Shown: piece by piece, positions 1 to 12,200 of the stretch
Numbering within the stretch: the stretch's first letter is position 1
How the letters are laid out: each line of letters starts with the position of its first letter
Assembly: GCF_001949145.1 (NCBI RefSeq)
Contig: NW_019091360.1
Location: 1,671,599 to 1,735,598 of the forward strand
Length of the DNA: 64,000 nucleotides
Origin: Acanthaster planci
Lineage: Eukaryota
Reading direction: 5' to 3'
Position numbers and translations under genes: made by a program
The notes under the pieces: generated by a model
The model's database searches: none
Seen by the model: only the letters and a program-made list of their open reading frames with translations
Told to the model about the DNA's origin: nothing

Positions 1-184
1 CGGTGACCGGTGACTCCTGTCCAAAGAGCGGGTCACATTTAATCGGACTCTGCTGCAGTTACTGTGTGATGTCGAATACCAGAGTGACCACCATAGGATA
101 AGCGGCACCACCACGATCAGTAACTGCCCCTCTGAGATGATGAATTCTTCCAACTTTTATCTCTTCCCACTACTACCGTTACAG

Positions 185-250
185 ATCCTCCTTGCGCTCC
201 AAACTGTCCTGGAGGATGTTGGGGAAGTGGTCCCGATATGTGCCAAGTGT
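185..250 (+). CDS. EGFR: EGFR exon, start of Cys-rich domain II ([21 protein letters not shown])
   Basis: ttacAG acceptor, GTAAGT donor at 251, phase 1/1. Confidence 0.9.
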
Positions 251-3200
251 GTAAGTAAAAAGAAAGGATCTTATACGAACCGAAGAGGTGCCGGAGATAC
301 TGGGGAAAAAAAGACCTAAATATGGAACTTCGTGAATAGCCAGCTGGAATTAAACTCCAAGCCCCTCCGGATTCACAAAGTGTCCAGAAAATCTGTCAAA
401 AATAAATGAGCGGTTGGCACTAGATAATGTGGTTGGTCTTCATACAAACTTGAAACATGGATTACATGTACATCTGAAAATATTTTGAGTGCCTTGGGGC
501 AAACTGATCATTGAACGAAGATTTGCCACATAAATTGTCTGATTTATTATTATGTTTATTAATAGAGCAGACAGCATCAGGTCAGAATGATGTGAATCGT
601 AAAAATTATGTTTGGGCTAAACTACAGGATTAGGTTTTAATACAGAAAGCAAATATTTCTGACGGTCCAACCGATTGAGAGATTTATTTAGGAAATGCCT
701 TTGATGTGCTGGCATATGTACCAGATGAATGTAGATTGGACTTGATTGAAGAAAAAGTCGGAAACTTTGCCGAAATTGAAGTTTGAATGCCTTGATCTGT
801 TCCCCTGAGATTCGACTCAGTGAGACTTTACAGCGTCTCAGCTGAACCATCGTTTGAAAGTTAGCCGTGCTCCTTGAGCAACTTGGATCCTGAGCCTCAC
901 AAGTGCGTTGTATGATATGCACTACCGACGGCATACAACTGTGTATTACATGTGTGCTCGAAAGTGTTTGCTGCATCCTTAATCGTCTCTGCTGTGCAGG
1001 TAATGTGCGGACCGCACATGGTTGTTCATGCCCATAGCTAAATCACAGTGTGGCATTATAGTTTACCGGTGGATCGCACTTGTGTACACAAAAGGTCTTT
1101 ATCACCCTTTGTCTTTCCTTTTTTCCTTGTTAGTGACTCGTAAAAACTGCAGCGGGACATGTGACTACCGTTGCCGGGGACCGACGCAGGCCGACTGCTG
1201 CCACCGTAGCTGTGCGGCTGGCTGCACTGGACCAAGTAACAGAGAATGCCTGGTAAGCATAAGAAAGCTAAATGTAAGCCTACATTTAGGTTGGTTCCCT
1301 AGTGGACATTTGGTTATGCTGTTTCCAATGTCATTATCATACATGTAGGCTAGGTAAATCTTAAACCAAAAGAGGTTTTATTTTTTTAATTTGAAGTGAT
1401 AAGTAGGACAGTTACGTATTAATCCACTTGTTTGGGGGTAAAACTATGTTTTTGTTTATAAATTTTGTTAATGGCGGGACCGAGATTTCACTTTTGCATG
1501 GAATGGCCCTCGGGTTTCCACATGGTTGTATCGATTGCTGTTAGCAGGTTAGATACCAAGATGCCTACTGTCATGGAAGAGATTGTGTATGACGTTATTC
1601 GATGATAAAAAAAGGTCAAAAATTGTGCGCTGAAATATTCCTGTGTTGTCACTGCAGCAAAAACTGATACTTCAGTGTGATGCATTTCATTTATGGTCAC
1701 TCTGTTGACAACTTGTGTTCCACTTTCTGAGTCGTAAAGAAAAGAAATGTGGCCCTCTCTGAAGACTCATTGTAGACTCATTGTAGTCAGTTGGCAGTCA
1801 AAATAAAGATCTATCTTTGCCATGAGTCTTTGCCATCTATCTTTTGCTCATATCTGAGTCCATGCTTGTGTCAGACGCGGTGGACAGTTTCTGTGTGATT
1901 GCATAACATCAGGGACTGTTCGGTGATACTGTCTGCATCTCTTTATGTTGATATGGAAAACTAGACTTCAAATTACGTGACCTTAGACTGTAGGCTTGGG
2001 GGTCTCTAAAAGCAGCCAAAGGTTAGAAAAAAGTGTCCTAATTGTTGCCCATTCAAAACCTGCCCGGACTGTGCTCATGCAACTTTGAGCATTTCAGTTT
2101 TGACAAAGCCAGGCATAATAGGAGCACATTCTCTTTTCTCAACTTTCAGGCCTGTCTCAAGTTCACCATGGACGACCAGTGCGTTGAGGCATGTCCGCCT
2201 CGCACCATATACAACCCGGATACGTTCCAGAACGAGCCCAACCCGGACTTCAGATATGCCTACGGGCCCAGGTGTCTCACCAAATGCCCCGGTAAGGAGG
2301 TTGTCTCTAGATCAGCTCCCTGATCTGGCAATTTCTTGGCCCTTCAGAATCTTTTTTACTTTGTGTGAGGTTGAGTGCTTTGTACACATTTTGAATTGTT
2401 CATTTTTTGTCCTAAAAATGGAGAATTGCTTGTTTTGTGTAGCGCTGAATTCAAAACCCCCCAAAACCAAACTAGTCAAGAAAAATTCACCTTAAGAGAA
2501 CTTTGGTTAAGGAGTTAGCCAAACAAACCTCCAATAATAAAAAAAAAAGAAACTGGATGTCATCCGACAATTCCTATTTCAAATTCCTCACAGTTTGGTC
2601 CATTGTTCATCTTCTTAACATTGTGCAGATAATGTCTTGGAGGAGGGCGACAACTGTATCAACGAGTGTCCCACGGGAACCGTTGAAAGCACAGTACCGG
2701 GAGAAAATAAATGCGTGGAATGTGATGGCCCCTGCCCCAAAGGTACGTCAGTGAATCATGCAGTCACTGGCTCTTGAAAGGTGCCTGTAGTTTAGGGATT
2801 TCAAGAGTACTAATTTGTCATTCATTTATCTCTGTGTCTGGAATTTTGGGGGGGGGCTTGGGCGTCTGAGAATTACAGATTTATCTTCTGATACGGGCTG
2901 TTGGTTTGGGAATTAGGCCAAATGGTAAGATTGGAATCACTAAATGCAGAAAATAGTGTGTGTATCTGTGTGTGTGAGGGCATGTAAAATTGGAAACAAG
3001 AGATGCCATCTTTGGAAAGTGGTGTGAGTTTCAGATAGCAGAATGAAACAGGCAGCATGTCTGCAAGTTGAGCTGCGTACTCAAAATTTTACTGGGAAAC
3101 TCTGGTGTTGGCGGTGGAGCAGATGCATTTCATCAGAATTTTTGTCCAAATTTCTACTCTGCACAGTGTGTGATGGTGTTGAAAGCACCCTCTACAGAGA

Positions 3201-6200
3201 AGACTTCATCAACGGGTCGTTGTCCAACTGCACCATCATCAAAAAGAACATCTTCATCGGCACATCCTCGTTTGAAGGGTAATTCTAGCATCTAAAAGAG
3301 CAATTAGTGTTAGTGTTGTGTTGGAGTCTGTCACAAGTCCTTGCCAGTCCCTGTAAGTCCGTCACAAGTCCCTGTAAGTCCATCACAAGTCCATTACAAG
3401 TCATTCAGCCTTGAGCCAATTCACAAGCTATTCAAATGAACCGTGAGAGAAGCATTCTTTTGTCATTGTTCACCCTATGACTTACGACTGGCCTTGTGAA
3501 GGGACTTGTGATTGACTTTGAAACTCGTCAAATTCTACATCAAAGTTTTGTGAGCATGTTCAGAACATTGCTCGTCGACAAGATGACGTAATAGTGGAAA
3601 TGGGTAGGACACAGGCAGTGCGGGTAAGGGTGGTGGGTGTTCATCCTTTTCTGGAAAAAAAAAAGGGGGGGGGGAAATGAAAACCAAAAAGGAAAGAAAC
3701 GAACCAGGAAGGAGGAAAGGGGAGGAAATGTGTCACTGTAAAAATACCTCAGAATAGACCTTATTCATTGGGAAGCCATTTTTCATCTTGTTCCCTAAAT
3801 CTGTAATGTTCCGTGTCATCTGTTAGATGGGATGGTGCCAGACTCTTTTGGGTTCCAAGCCTCACTTTCAGTTTTCTTTCAAATGTGGCTTAAAACAGAT
3901 ATTATTATCGCATCAACAATATTTGATGACTTTTTGTTGACCTTTTTTTTACCACGGTTAGTTTTTACTCGCGGGTTCACAAAATGGAAAGTTTTTACCT
4001 CACTTTCAATTCAAGATGGTGAATGCATGAATACAGTCTATAACACTCTTTTCATCATTGATTGTATGTCAGTTTGCTGCTGCTGAGTGCTTTGTATCCC
4101 TCCTACCCCCCCAAAAGCAATTTCCCTTCCCAGCGACGTCCATCCTTCAGGATTTAGGCGTTCCTGTTCCAAAACAGCATTGCCTAACCTTTACAGAGGA
4201 AAGCCACACAGCCTTATGTTGCGATCCTGGCAGAATCTTTCTCAACACAGTTTTCTTGAATGGAGAAAAATGGAACAACTTTTGACAAAGGCACCCAGAG
4301 GAGCTGAAATTTCCAGGAATTCATTCATCACTCACATGCAGAAAAAAAAAATTTCAGGCAACTCCGTGGCATCGATTTGTTTTGTAGATTACCGGAGCCA
4401 GCAACCAGTAGGAAGTGTTTTTTTTGTATTTTACATTTCCTCACAAAATGACATTGGGTGTGCCTTTTTTTGGCAGGGATCCATTTTCGGGGAAGCAAGG
4501 CATTTCTATGGAGTTGCTGGAGCGGCTGAGCACGGTCCAGGAGGTCAAGGGATTTGTGTCCATTCAGGGGCACCACGTCCACTTCACCAACCTCACCTTC
4601 CTGCGCAACCTGAAGAAGATCTACGGCCGCAAGTTGTATGGGTAAGGACACTCGCAGTGTGTGTGTGGGGGTGGGGCAAAGAGAAGGCACTGATTGGCTG
4701 TCCCTCACAGTGTCAAGTCACAGGTCAAACTCAGTTTCCATGCCAACAGACCTAGACAGCATCGATGACATGCGATCATGTGGCTGCTCTTGATAGCGAC
4801 TTGATGCAAACGGATGCAGAGTGTTGGTAAAGCTGGATCTTGTTCAACTTTGCCGACTGTCTGCGTCAAGTTGTCCAAGTACGGTGCAAACAAACAATCT
4901 AGCATAATAGGCATTCAAGGATGTTTGTCTTGCGAGAAAATGATTTGCTTTTGACTAAAATTATAAATGAAACTCATCAAATTAGAGTGTCTGTTTGGCC
5001 TCAAGAAATATTCAAACCAACTAAAAAGGCATATTATACAAAAATTTTCCAGATTTGTGGATGTCACTTTTTGTAACATGGTGTCACACTGTCACTGTCC
5101 TGTGTGTGTGTTTCGACCAATAAATGGAAGCCATGCTTCATTATATAATGAGTCCCATGTCTAGCAACAGGGAAAGAATGTAACTCACTTGGATAGCCCA
5201 TAATTTGACTCACAACCAGATGATCTTGTGATGAGATTTTGCGATCTGGTAAAGACTCTGTTGAGGTGCTGATATCGAGAAAGTGAACAGATTATGTTCA
5301 AAAAAATTTCCCAAACTTTGAAAAAACATTCCATATTGATTCCATTGCCAGAGCAGTTTTATTTATTCTTACTTCTGTTTAGTCCAGCACCAAGTGCCAA
5401 TTACAGGACGATTGTAAGTGACATTGAAGACTATGATGAAGAGATGTTCAGTTGAAAGAGATTCCAGGGAAACCCAGAAAATCAAATAAGGAACTGAGGA
5501 CCCACATGGCGACCTAGGTGGGATTTGAACCTAGGGTTGCAGAGGTGAAAGAGCTAGGAAAGCGCACATGTGATTGTTTTGTCGTCATTTCACCCTTTTT
5601 GTGGGGACCCCAAAAATTCCATAGCGATTTCTAGACAGAGCACACCGATTGGATAAAACAGAAATAGGTAATATAGGTATAGGTCATATGATATATAAGA
5701 CATACCAGGCCGTAACTGGCTCACACAGGTTAATGCTGAGGTTGAGTTGGGCGTATGGTCCTCACGAGTTCAGAAAAAGCCAACTTTTATACAGTGTTGA
5801 AGGGTTTTTAAAACTTTTTATACAACTTTTATACTCTTCTTCAATGTCTGAAAACGATTGACATCCTTTTGTGGTTGATTGTATTGAAAAGTGCACCGTT
5901 TTAAACATTTCAAGTTCTCTGTGCTTTTTTGGAAAATGCCGGGCACCATTGCTGTGTTGTCAATCAGGGAAGACACCGCTCAGTTCGTCTGTTCAAATTG
6001 CGAACCCAAAATTCGCTCACCAAAAGAATTTGTGACAAAGGGGATACTCGTTGGCTAATTTGCCATTGATTCAAAGACTCATTTGGCGCGGGATATGTGA
6101 CAATGGGGACCTCCCTCTATTGTGTCGTCTTTTGTGTTGACGGCATCTTTGGAATTCCTTTCAGACATCCGGGGGGGAGAGGTGCTGTAGGCACAATAGC

Positions 6201-9200
6201 CTAAAGCTTGTGCATCACATGGGGGGGTCTCCTTGGCTACATATCATGCTGGATATACAGACACTCAAGAAGCAGTGTATCACAAAGAGAAGTGGAAATT
6301 TCAAATGGCAACATATCATTTCCAGCATTTTGTTGTGTACACAAATCAATGTAACATGGAGGTTTGCTCAAGAATATTGAAAAATTCACATTAGCAGGAA
6401 AAACCGCAAAGGCATCAAAAGAACCCTTTATAGCAAACAAACATTGAAAAAAAAATTGAGGAAAATTGAAACTCCAAAGTGCATTCTTCAAGAACTTAAG
6501 GAAACAAATTGCATTGCCTGGACCCTTTACAAAGGGATGTCAGAAGTGGACATTGGAGGAAGGAAATGTGATGAGTGAGTTGAGAGACCCAGTGAAGCCA
6601 TGAATTTGAAATGAAAAGCAAGTGTTACCCTCGTTCATTACAGCAATATGTCTGATCATTTTGTACCCAACCCACCACCTCCACACTTTTCCAGCATCGA
6701 TGGACCAAAGCAGTACTCGCTGTTCATTAATAGCGACTCGCTTGAGTCGCTGGGGCTGACGTCGCTCCAGCGCATCAACAAGGGGAACATTCTCTTTTAC
6801 GAGAACCCCAAGTTGTGCTATGCCGCTGAGGGCATGTGGGACAGTATTATGAAACAGCCCGGTCGGCAAACGGTGGAGTTTTATCAAAATAAGGAGCAGC
6901 AAGAGTGCAGTAAGTACTTCTCTCCCCACCCACCCCTCTCTGGCATGGGTTCTGGCATGGCATCCATCCACTGGGACCTCTGTGGGATCGGAGAGTTCAG
7001 ATTCCTGCAGCATCTGGTGACCATTTCAATCTGAGCTGAAGTTTGGAACGGTTCACACGAAAGAGAGATTCAGTTCAAAATGACTTTTTGTCACAGTATG
7101 AATTGTTTGAGAAACTTTCTCTGCACCTTTCCCATTCCATATAACTGTGGCACTTCTGTGCTTATCCTGTGAGCAGGTAGACACAAATTTGAAAGTTTTC
7201 ACAGCTCAGTATGAGATGTTACCAGGATCTTGCAGCAGTGGCTCGACAGCAGAAGGTCCCAAGTGGAGTTTGTATTGAGAGTAAATTGCATGTTGAACAA
7301 TGTAGAATACTAACCCTCCTGTGTGTTTGTTTTCATGGCCGCATGAATGCGTTGTTGTTGATAGCAACCACGCCCTGTACGTCGCATCGTCCACTGTGCA
7401 GTCGCTCAGTCTTGTCAGTTTGCAAAGGATTGAGTCGGGCGACGTGAATATCAAGTTAAATCCGTGGTTGTGCTATGCAGACGAGGCAATGTTTGATGGG
7501 ATAGGTCACAGGGACATGGAGGTGACCATCTCTCAGAACGGGGAATCAGTCAATTGTGGTAAGTATGGAGAACCATCTTGCCCCACCCAGCTTCCCCCCT
7601 CCCCAGCCCTTCTTGGCTATCAGACATTCCCCCAGTCCAGCGCAGTCGTGATGCAGGAGAGATGCTTGTAATCAATCAAGTGAGGTTCACTAAATCCAGC
7701 CTCGAAGACATCTTTCAGATTTTTTTTTTTTTTGCTCCGTGAGTGTAAAACCTTGTGTAACTTTTTCAAAGAAGACTGAGGGATGCTTCCCCTCCCCCCA
7801 GGAAAATCTAACCAAAACGAATCCCACTAACGCACGCTGCTTGCTTTTGTGTCCAAAAGTTGGCCGAGTTGTTAAAAGATTTCAAACCACTTTTAAAAAA
7901 AAGGTGTTTTTCATTTGGTCAGTCCAGTCATTGCAGTACTTAAATTAGCTGGCTACAGGACTGAGCTTGTAATAATTATGGTTCACCTGATTGGTTGAAA
8001 GCAGACCCCCCTGCCCCTGCATCACATAACCTTAACCCTCCAAAACCATAACCTGCACGTTTGCATGTTTGATAAAAACTGACGCATGCACAACCCCGAA
8101 TGCACTTCATCACTCCATAACCAGGCTGACGATAGAGTTCCTGGAGGTGGATCCTATCGGACACTCTCCCACCTTTTTAACACATAACTCGAACCTTTTT
8201 CTGTGGAACATCTCCTGTAATTTCACCTGATTCCTGAAGCTTTATTACATTTTCGGAAACGAATTCCGGTATTTCAAAGTAGCAGTTTTTTTTTTTCCAA
8301 ATAACTTGCACCGCTGCAGACATGTCAGGGCTGCATCTAAATTTTCATGCCTAGAATCACTGTCTTGGGCTACGTGGGTCAAGTAGCATATCGCCCCCTC
8401 TTGTCTACAGCCACCCAAGGGCGGATCCAGGGGGGGGTGGCGGGGCAATTTTTTGGTCTATTTCATTTCCCTTCCTTCCAAATCATGTATAAGCACCAAG
8501 ATGTTGCCTCAATTCCTCAGAAAGGCCTTAAAAGTTTACGTAACAAATTTTCCAACAGTTTGGCCCCCAAGAAACAATTTCGACCTCCCCCCCAAAAATG
8601 TGGTTCTAGATCCGCACAGCCCAGCCCTTATTCTAGCAGTACATAGCTGATCCTCACTGTCTTTGGAATCTTCCCCCACAGACATCTCCTAGCTTCAGTT
8701 TTAGCTGTGTCTTAATCACGTCTTTTATTCTGACGCTAAACCTCAACTCGCTCACCCGGATAAAAAAAACTCAAGTGTGTCCCTGCTCACATTGTGCCGT
8801 GAATACAAACCTTCAATCGTAGCTCCTCCAAGTATGACCTGACGTGGGTCTCATGGTCCTCGAAGGGTTATCTCCTAACTCTGCCAGCCTGTCTATGCAG
8901 TGACGTTCACCGCCAGTAGGTGGTCTGCAATCCCCATGTGTCCAAAAGCCCGCTGTTTCGGAATCAAGGGGCCTACTTTTTGTATCCCAGTTTAGATTTG
9001 GCATTTCTTGTGATGGCAGACCACCTATCAGTTATGTGCCTGGTCAGGATTTGTTGTGTTGAAATAACTCAGCATTCCTGGATTTTGCATTTTTGTTCAA
9101 TGGGATTTATTTGCATTTGGCAACTTGGAATCTGCATGAGTTGGATTTTGTTATTTTTTTCTGCATGGTTTTGCATGCATTCTATTTTTCGCTAGATCTT

Positions 9201-12200
9201 GGTTTTAATGGTTTTGTTTGAAATAAAGAAAGCAAGATGGAACCATCTAAGAATGATTAAAAAACCTCTTTACAAACAAAAGAAAAACTGCTTAATTAAC
9301 CCCTTTATATCGGGAGCCATCCACAGCCGTGGCTGTGTGTGAGGATTAGTGCATACCACACATACAGTCTATTCACCATGCAGCTGCTGGTTCAATGGAG
9401 CCTGCTGCTGGACAGAGCTTTGCACACTGGGCATACCGCAGTCCAGCAGTCACGGTCAAAAGAATCCCGGCGTGAAGGGGTTGACTTCATCAAGTTTCAC
9501 AATTGTGAAAAAAACAAAAAAACAGATGATGCTACTCATTTCATTTCCATTTTTTGAATTGAAGAAAAAATAGGCTTTGTTTCCAAAACACTACACACAC
9601 ACAGACTTTTAATTCGTGAATAGGCAGTTCCCCTACATTGAAAAAAATAAAAGGACACTGATCATTAGATCATCAAATGTGAAGAAAATATGGTACACGT
9701 TGTCTCCTGTCTTCCATACTTGACATGTGCTTACTTTCCATTTGTGAAGTCCTATATTGAAGTCCTATCGTTCGTTCTTCTCATTAGTCCACAAATCACC
9801 TCCTGGCAATGGCGTAACTAGGGCTAAATGTGGGAGGGAGCCCCGGTGAGGAGGGGACACGGGCATCCATCCACTGAGGGGCACATGCCTCCAACATTGC
9901 CCTCCCACCTGGCCCTCAAAGTTTACACCACTGCCTCCTGACCGCTGTCAGTTGGGGAGTGGAACTATTTGTGTTGGAAATTTCATGAATAATTCATGAT
10001 TGCTAATTTGAATTTATTCAGCTGTGCTGCACAGCCACACCCACTTTTAGCATTACACTCTTTCACAAATGTGATTACATTCCTTCCCCCCTTCCATCCT
10101 TCAGATTTCCCACATTTTGGTTCATTGTGTGTCCACGTTGTCGGTTGTGACTGTCGTCATTGTGATTGTGAAATTAAAAGTCAAAATTTCTTCTTCTTTT
10201 TTTCCCCTGCTGCCCATTTGCCAGCTTGCTGTGTCTTAGCAATCCAAAACAACTTCTTGAGGCAATCGTGCATTTCAACCCTCAGTACAGTTCGACGTTT
10301 CACTGGACATACTCAATGAGAACAACTCAAAGACACACAAGTGCCAGTTCCATTCAAAAACAGACAATCCACACATACGAGGAACTCAGAACTGCCAAAG
10401 AATTCTCTGGCCCACAAATTGGTTTTCTCAATTGCAGGATAAGACTGTTAGGTTTGCATTTTGCCTGTCACAGCGTAGAGTAAATATGTAGAGATGAAAC
10501 GAATGCATGGGAATGAGCCTAATACTGGAATGCCTGCATCTTTGGTCATAATGATTTAATGAACCGGCATTTTGTCAGTACTTTGATAATATGGCCCAAT
10601 CCGACAAAAACTTGAAATTACCTGGAGTGCTTCTCGGCTTCGTCCAGTCACAATCAGCGAAAATTGCTCAGGTTTTCCACAAAAATGTTTTATCTTTGAC
10701 ATGTAAATAATAACACATTTTTAATGTGTGCCCAATAGTGCATTGTTCAATAAAGACTTGGTACAGCGCTTGTAAGATTGGGTCATATGTGGAGTATAGG
10801 ATCTGCTCTGGAGGCTTTGTTCCTACAAACTTGATTTGGAAACAAAAATTCGCAAAAATGACTTTGAAATATGCTGTATAAAGCAGAGCTCTTTCTTTAC
10901 CTGGGCCAATTTCATAGAGCTGCTTACGTACAAAATTTGCTTAAGTGCAAAAAAACCTTGCTCAAGAAAAAGGTTACCAACTCAAAATGCTAACCAAAAG
11001 ACAGATAAATACCATTCCAAAACAGTATACATCGCGTGAAGTTTTGGCTTGTAACCTGATTTGTCAAGTAAGGTTTTTTCACGCTTAAGCAAATTTTGTG
11101 CTTAAGCAGCTCTATGAAATTGGTTGTAGTCTGAGAAATGGGAACAAAGCAAAATTTGATATATCAAAATATAGTCTGTATAAACAAATCCTCCAATGCT
11201 TGACTAGGTAATTGTATTTGTTGGCTATAACATTTATCGTACCGTAACTCCTGACGCACCAACACCCCTTCCTCGGTAGTTATTAGCCCCACCCAGTGAT
11301 CGTCACTCCTCAGACTCAATGTGTGTTGGTTGGATAGGCCCACTTTTAAAAACTTTTGGCATTAGATTAGATTTCTACAGTAAATTGATCACAGTTGGAT
11401 GGACCTGAATTCAATTGATTCAATCTCTGTTGAATGTTATGCTGTAAAGATCAAGGAAAATCCGTTGTAGTTTTAAACTCAGATGAAGGAAAGAAACACA
11501 AAACTGGTTCTTTCCGTGGCTGGTTCTGTCACAGATGAAAACCCAAAAAGATTGGACATCTGTGAAAATGTTGAATTTGTCAAGGAAAGCCATTTATGCA
11601 TTGGTACATGTCACGGCTTACCACTGAATAAAATGTATGATATCTAATAGGGGAAAGAAACATTTGGAATTCCTCTTTTTTGGAAATCTGGAAATCCCTC
11701 TGGAACTGGCAACTGGAAATTGGATTTATAATTTTAAGTAGCAAAACATGTTTTCCATATTTAGAAAAATCGTACTTGTGCATTTCTGTGATTCCCAAGT
11801 AATTTGTTGTATAACTCAAGCTCTGTACTAAAAAAAAATGTGGTTTGAGAGAAACATTCTGTGGCATTTCTGCTGAATCATAAACTATCCTTGGGCCGAG
11901 CCATCAGAATTTTCCAAATGTTCATCTAAACGACAGTAATTCTCTCCGAATGTTGTGCCGTGCCCACATGCTTGTGTGCTCAACGTTTTGAAGGCTGCAA
12001 CCTTGGGGCATTTCCAGACGAGTCTCCCCTTATAACACCGACCCATTAAACACCCTGTGTGTAGTCATAAAATCCCTCCTCATGCGTGAAACGAACTCCA
12101 TGTGTGTTTGCAGTCACCTTCGTATGAAGGAAGGGAGGGGGCTCTTTTTGATTAGAAATGAGAGCAGTGCAAATTTATCCCTGGCTTCCAGAGTGCACGT

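Noticed and set aside
6230..6355. EISNGNISF motif resembling RINKGNILF (decayed exon copy?)
   Set aside because: There is no suitable acceptor or donor, no LCY, and an in-frame stop follows; consistent with chance.
10240..10440. Phase-2 open frame starting NPKQ and ending LNC as another L2 exon copy
   Set aside because: No internal similarity to either exon and no GT donor after the Cys.
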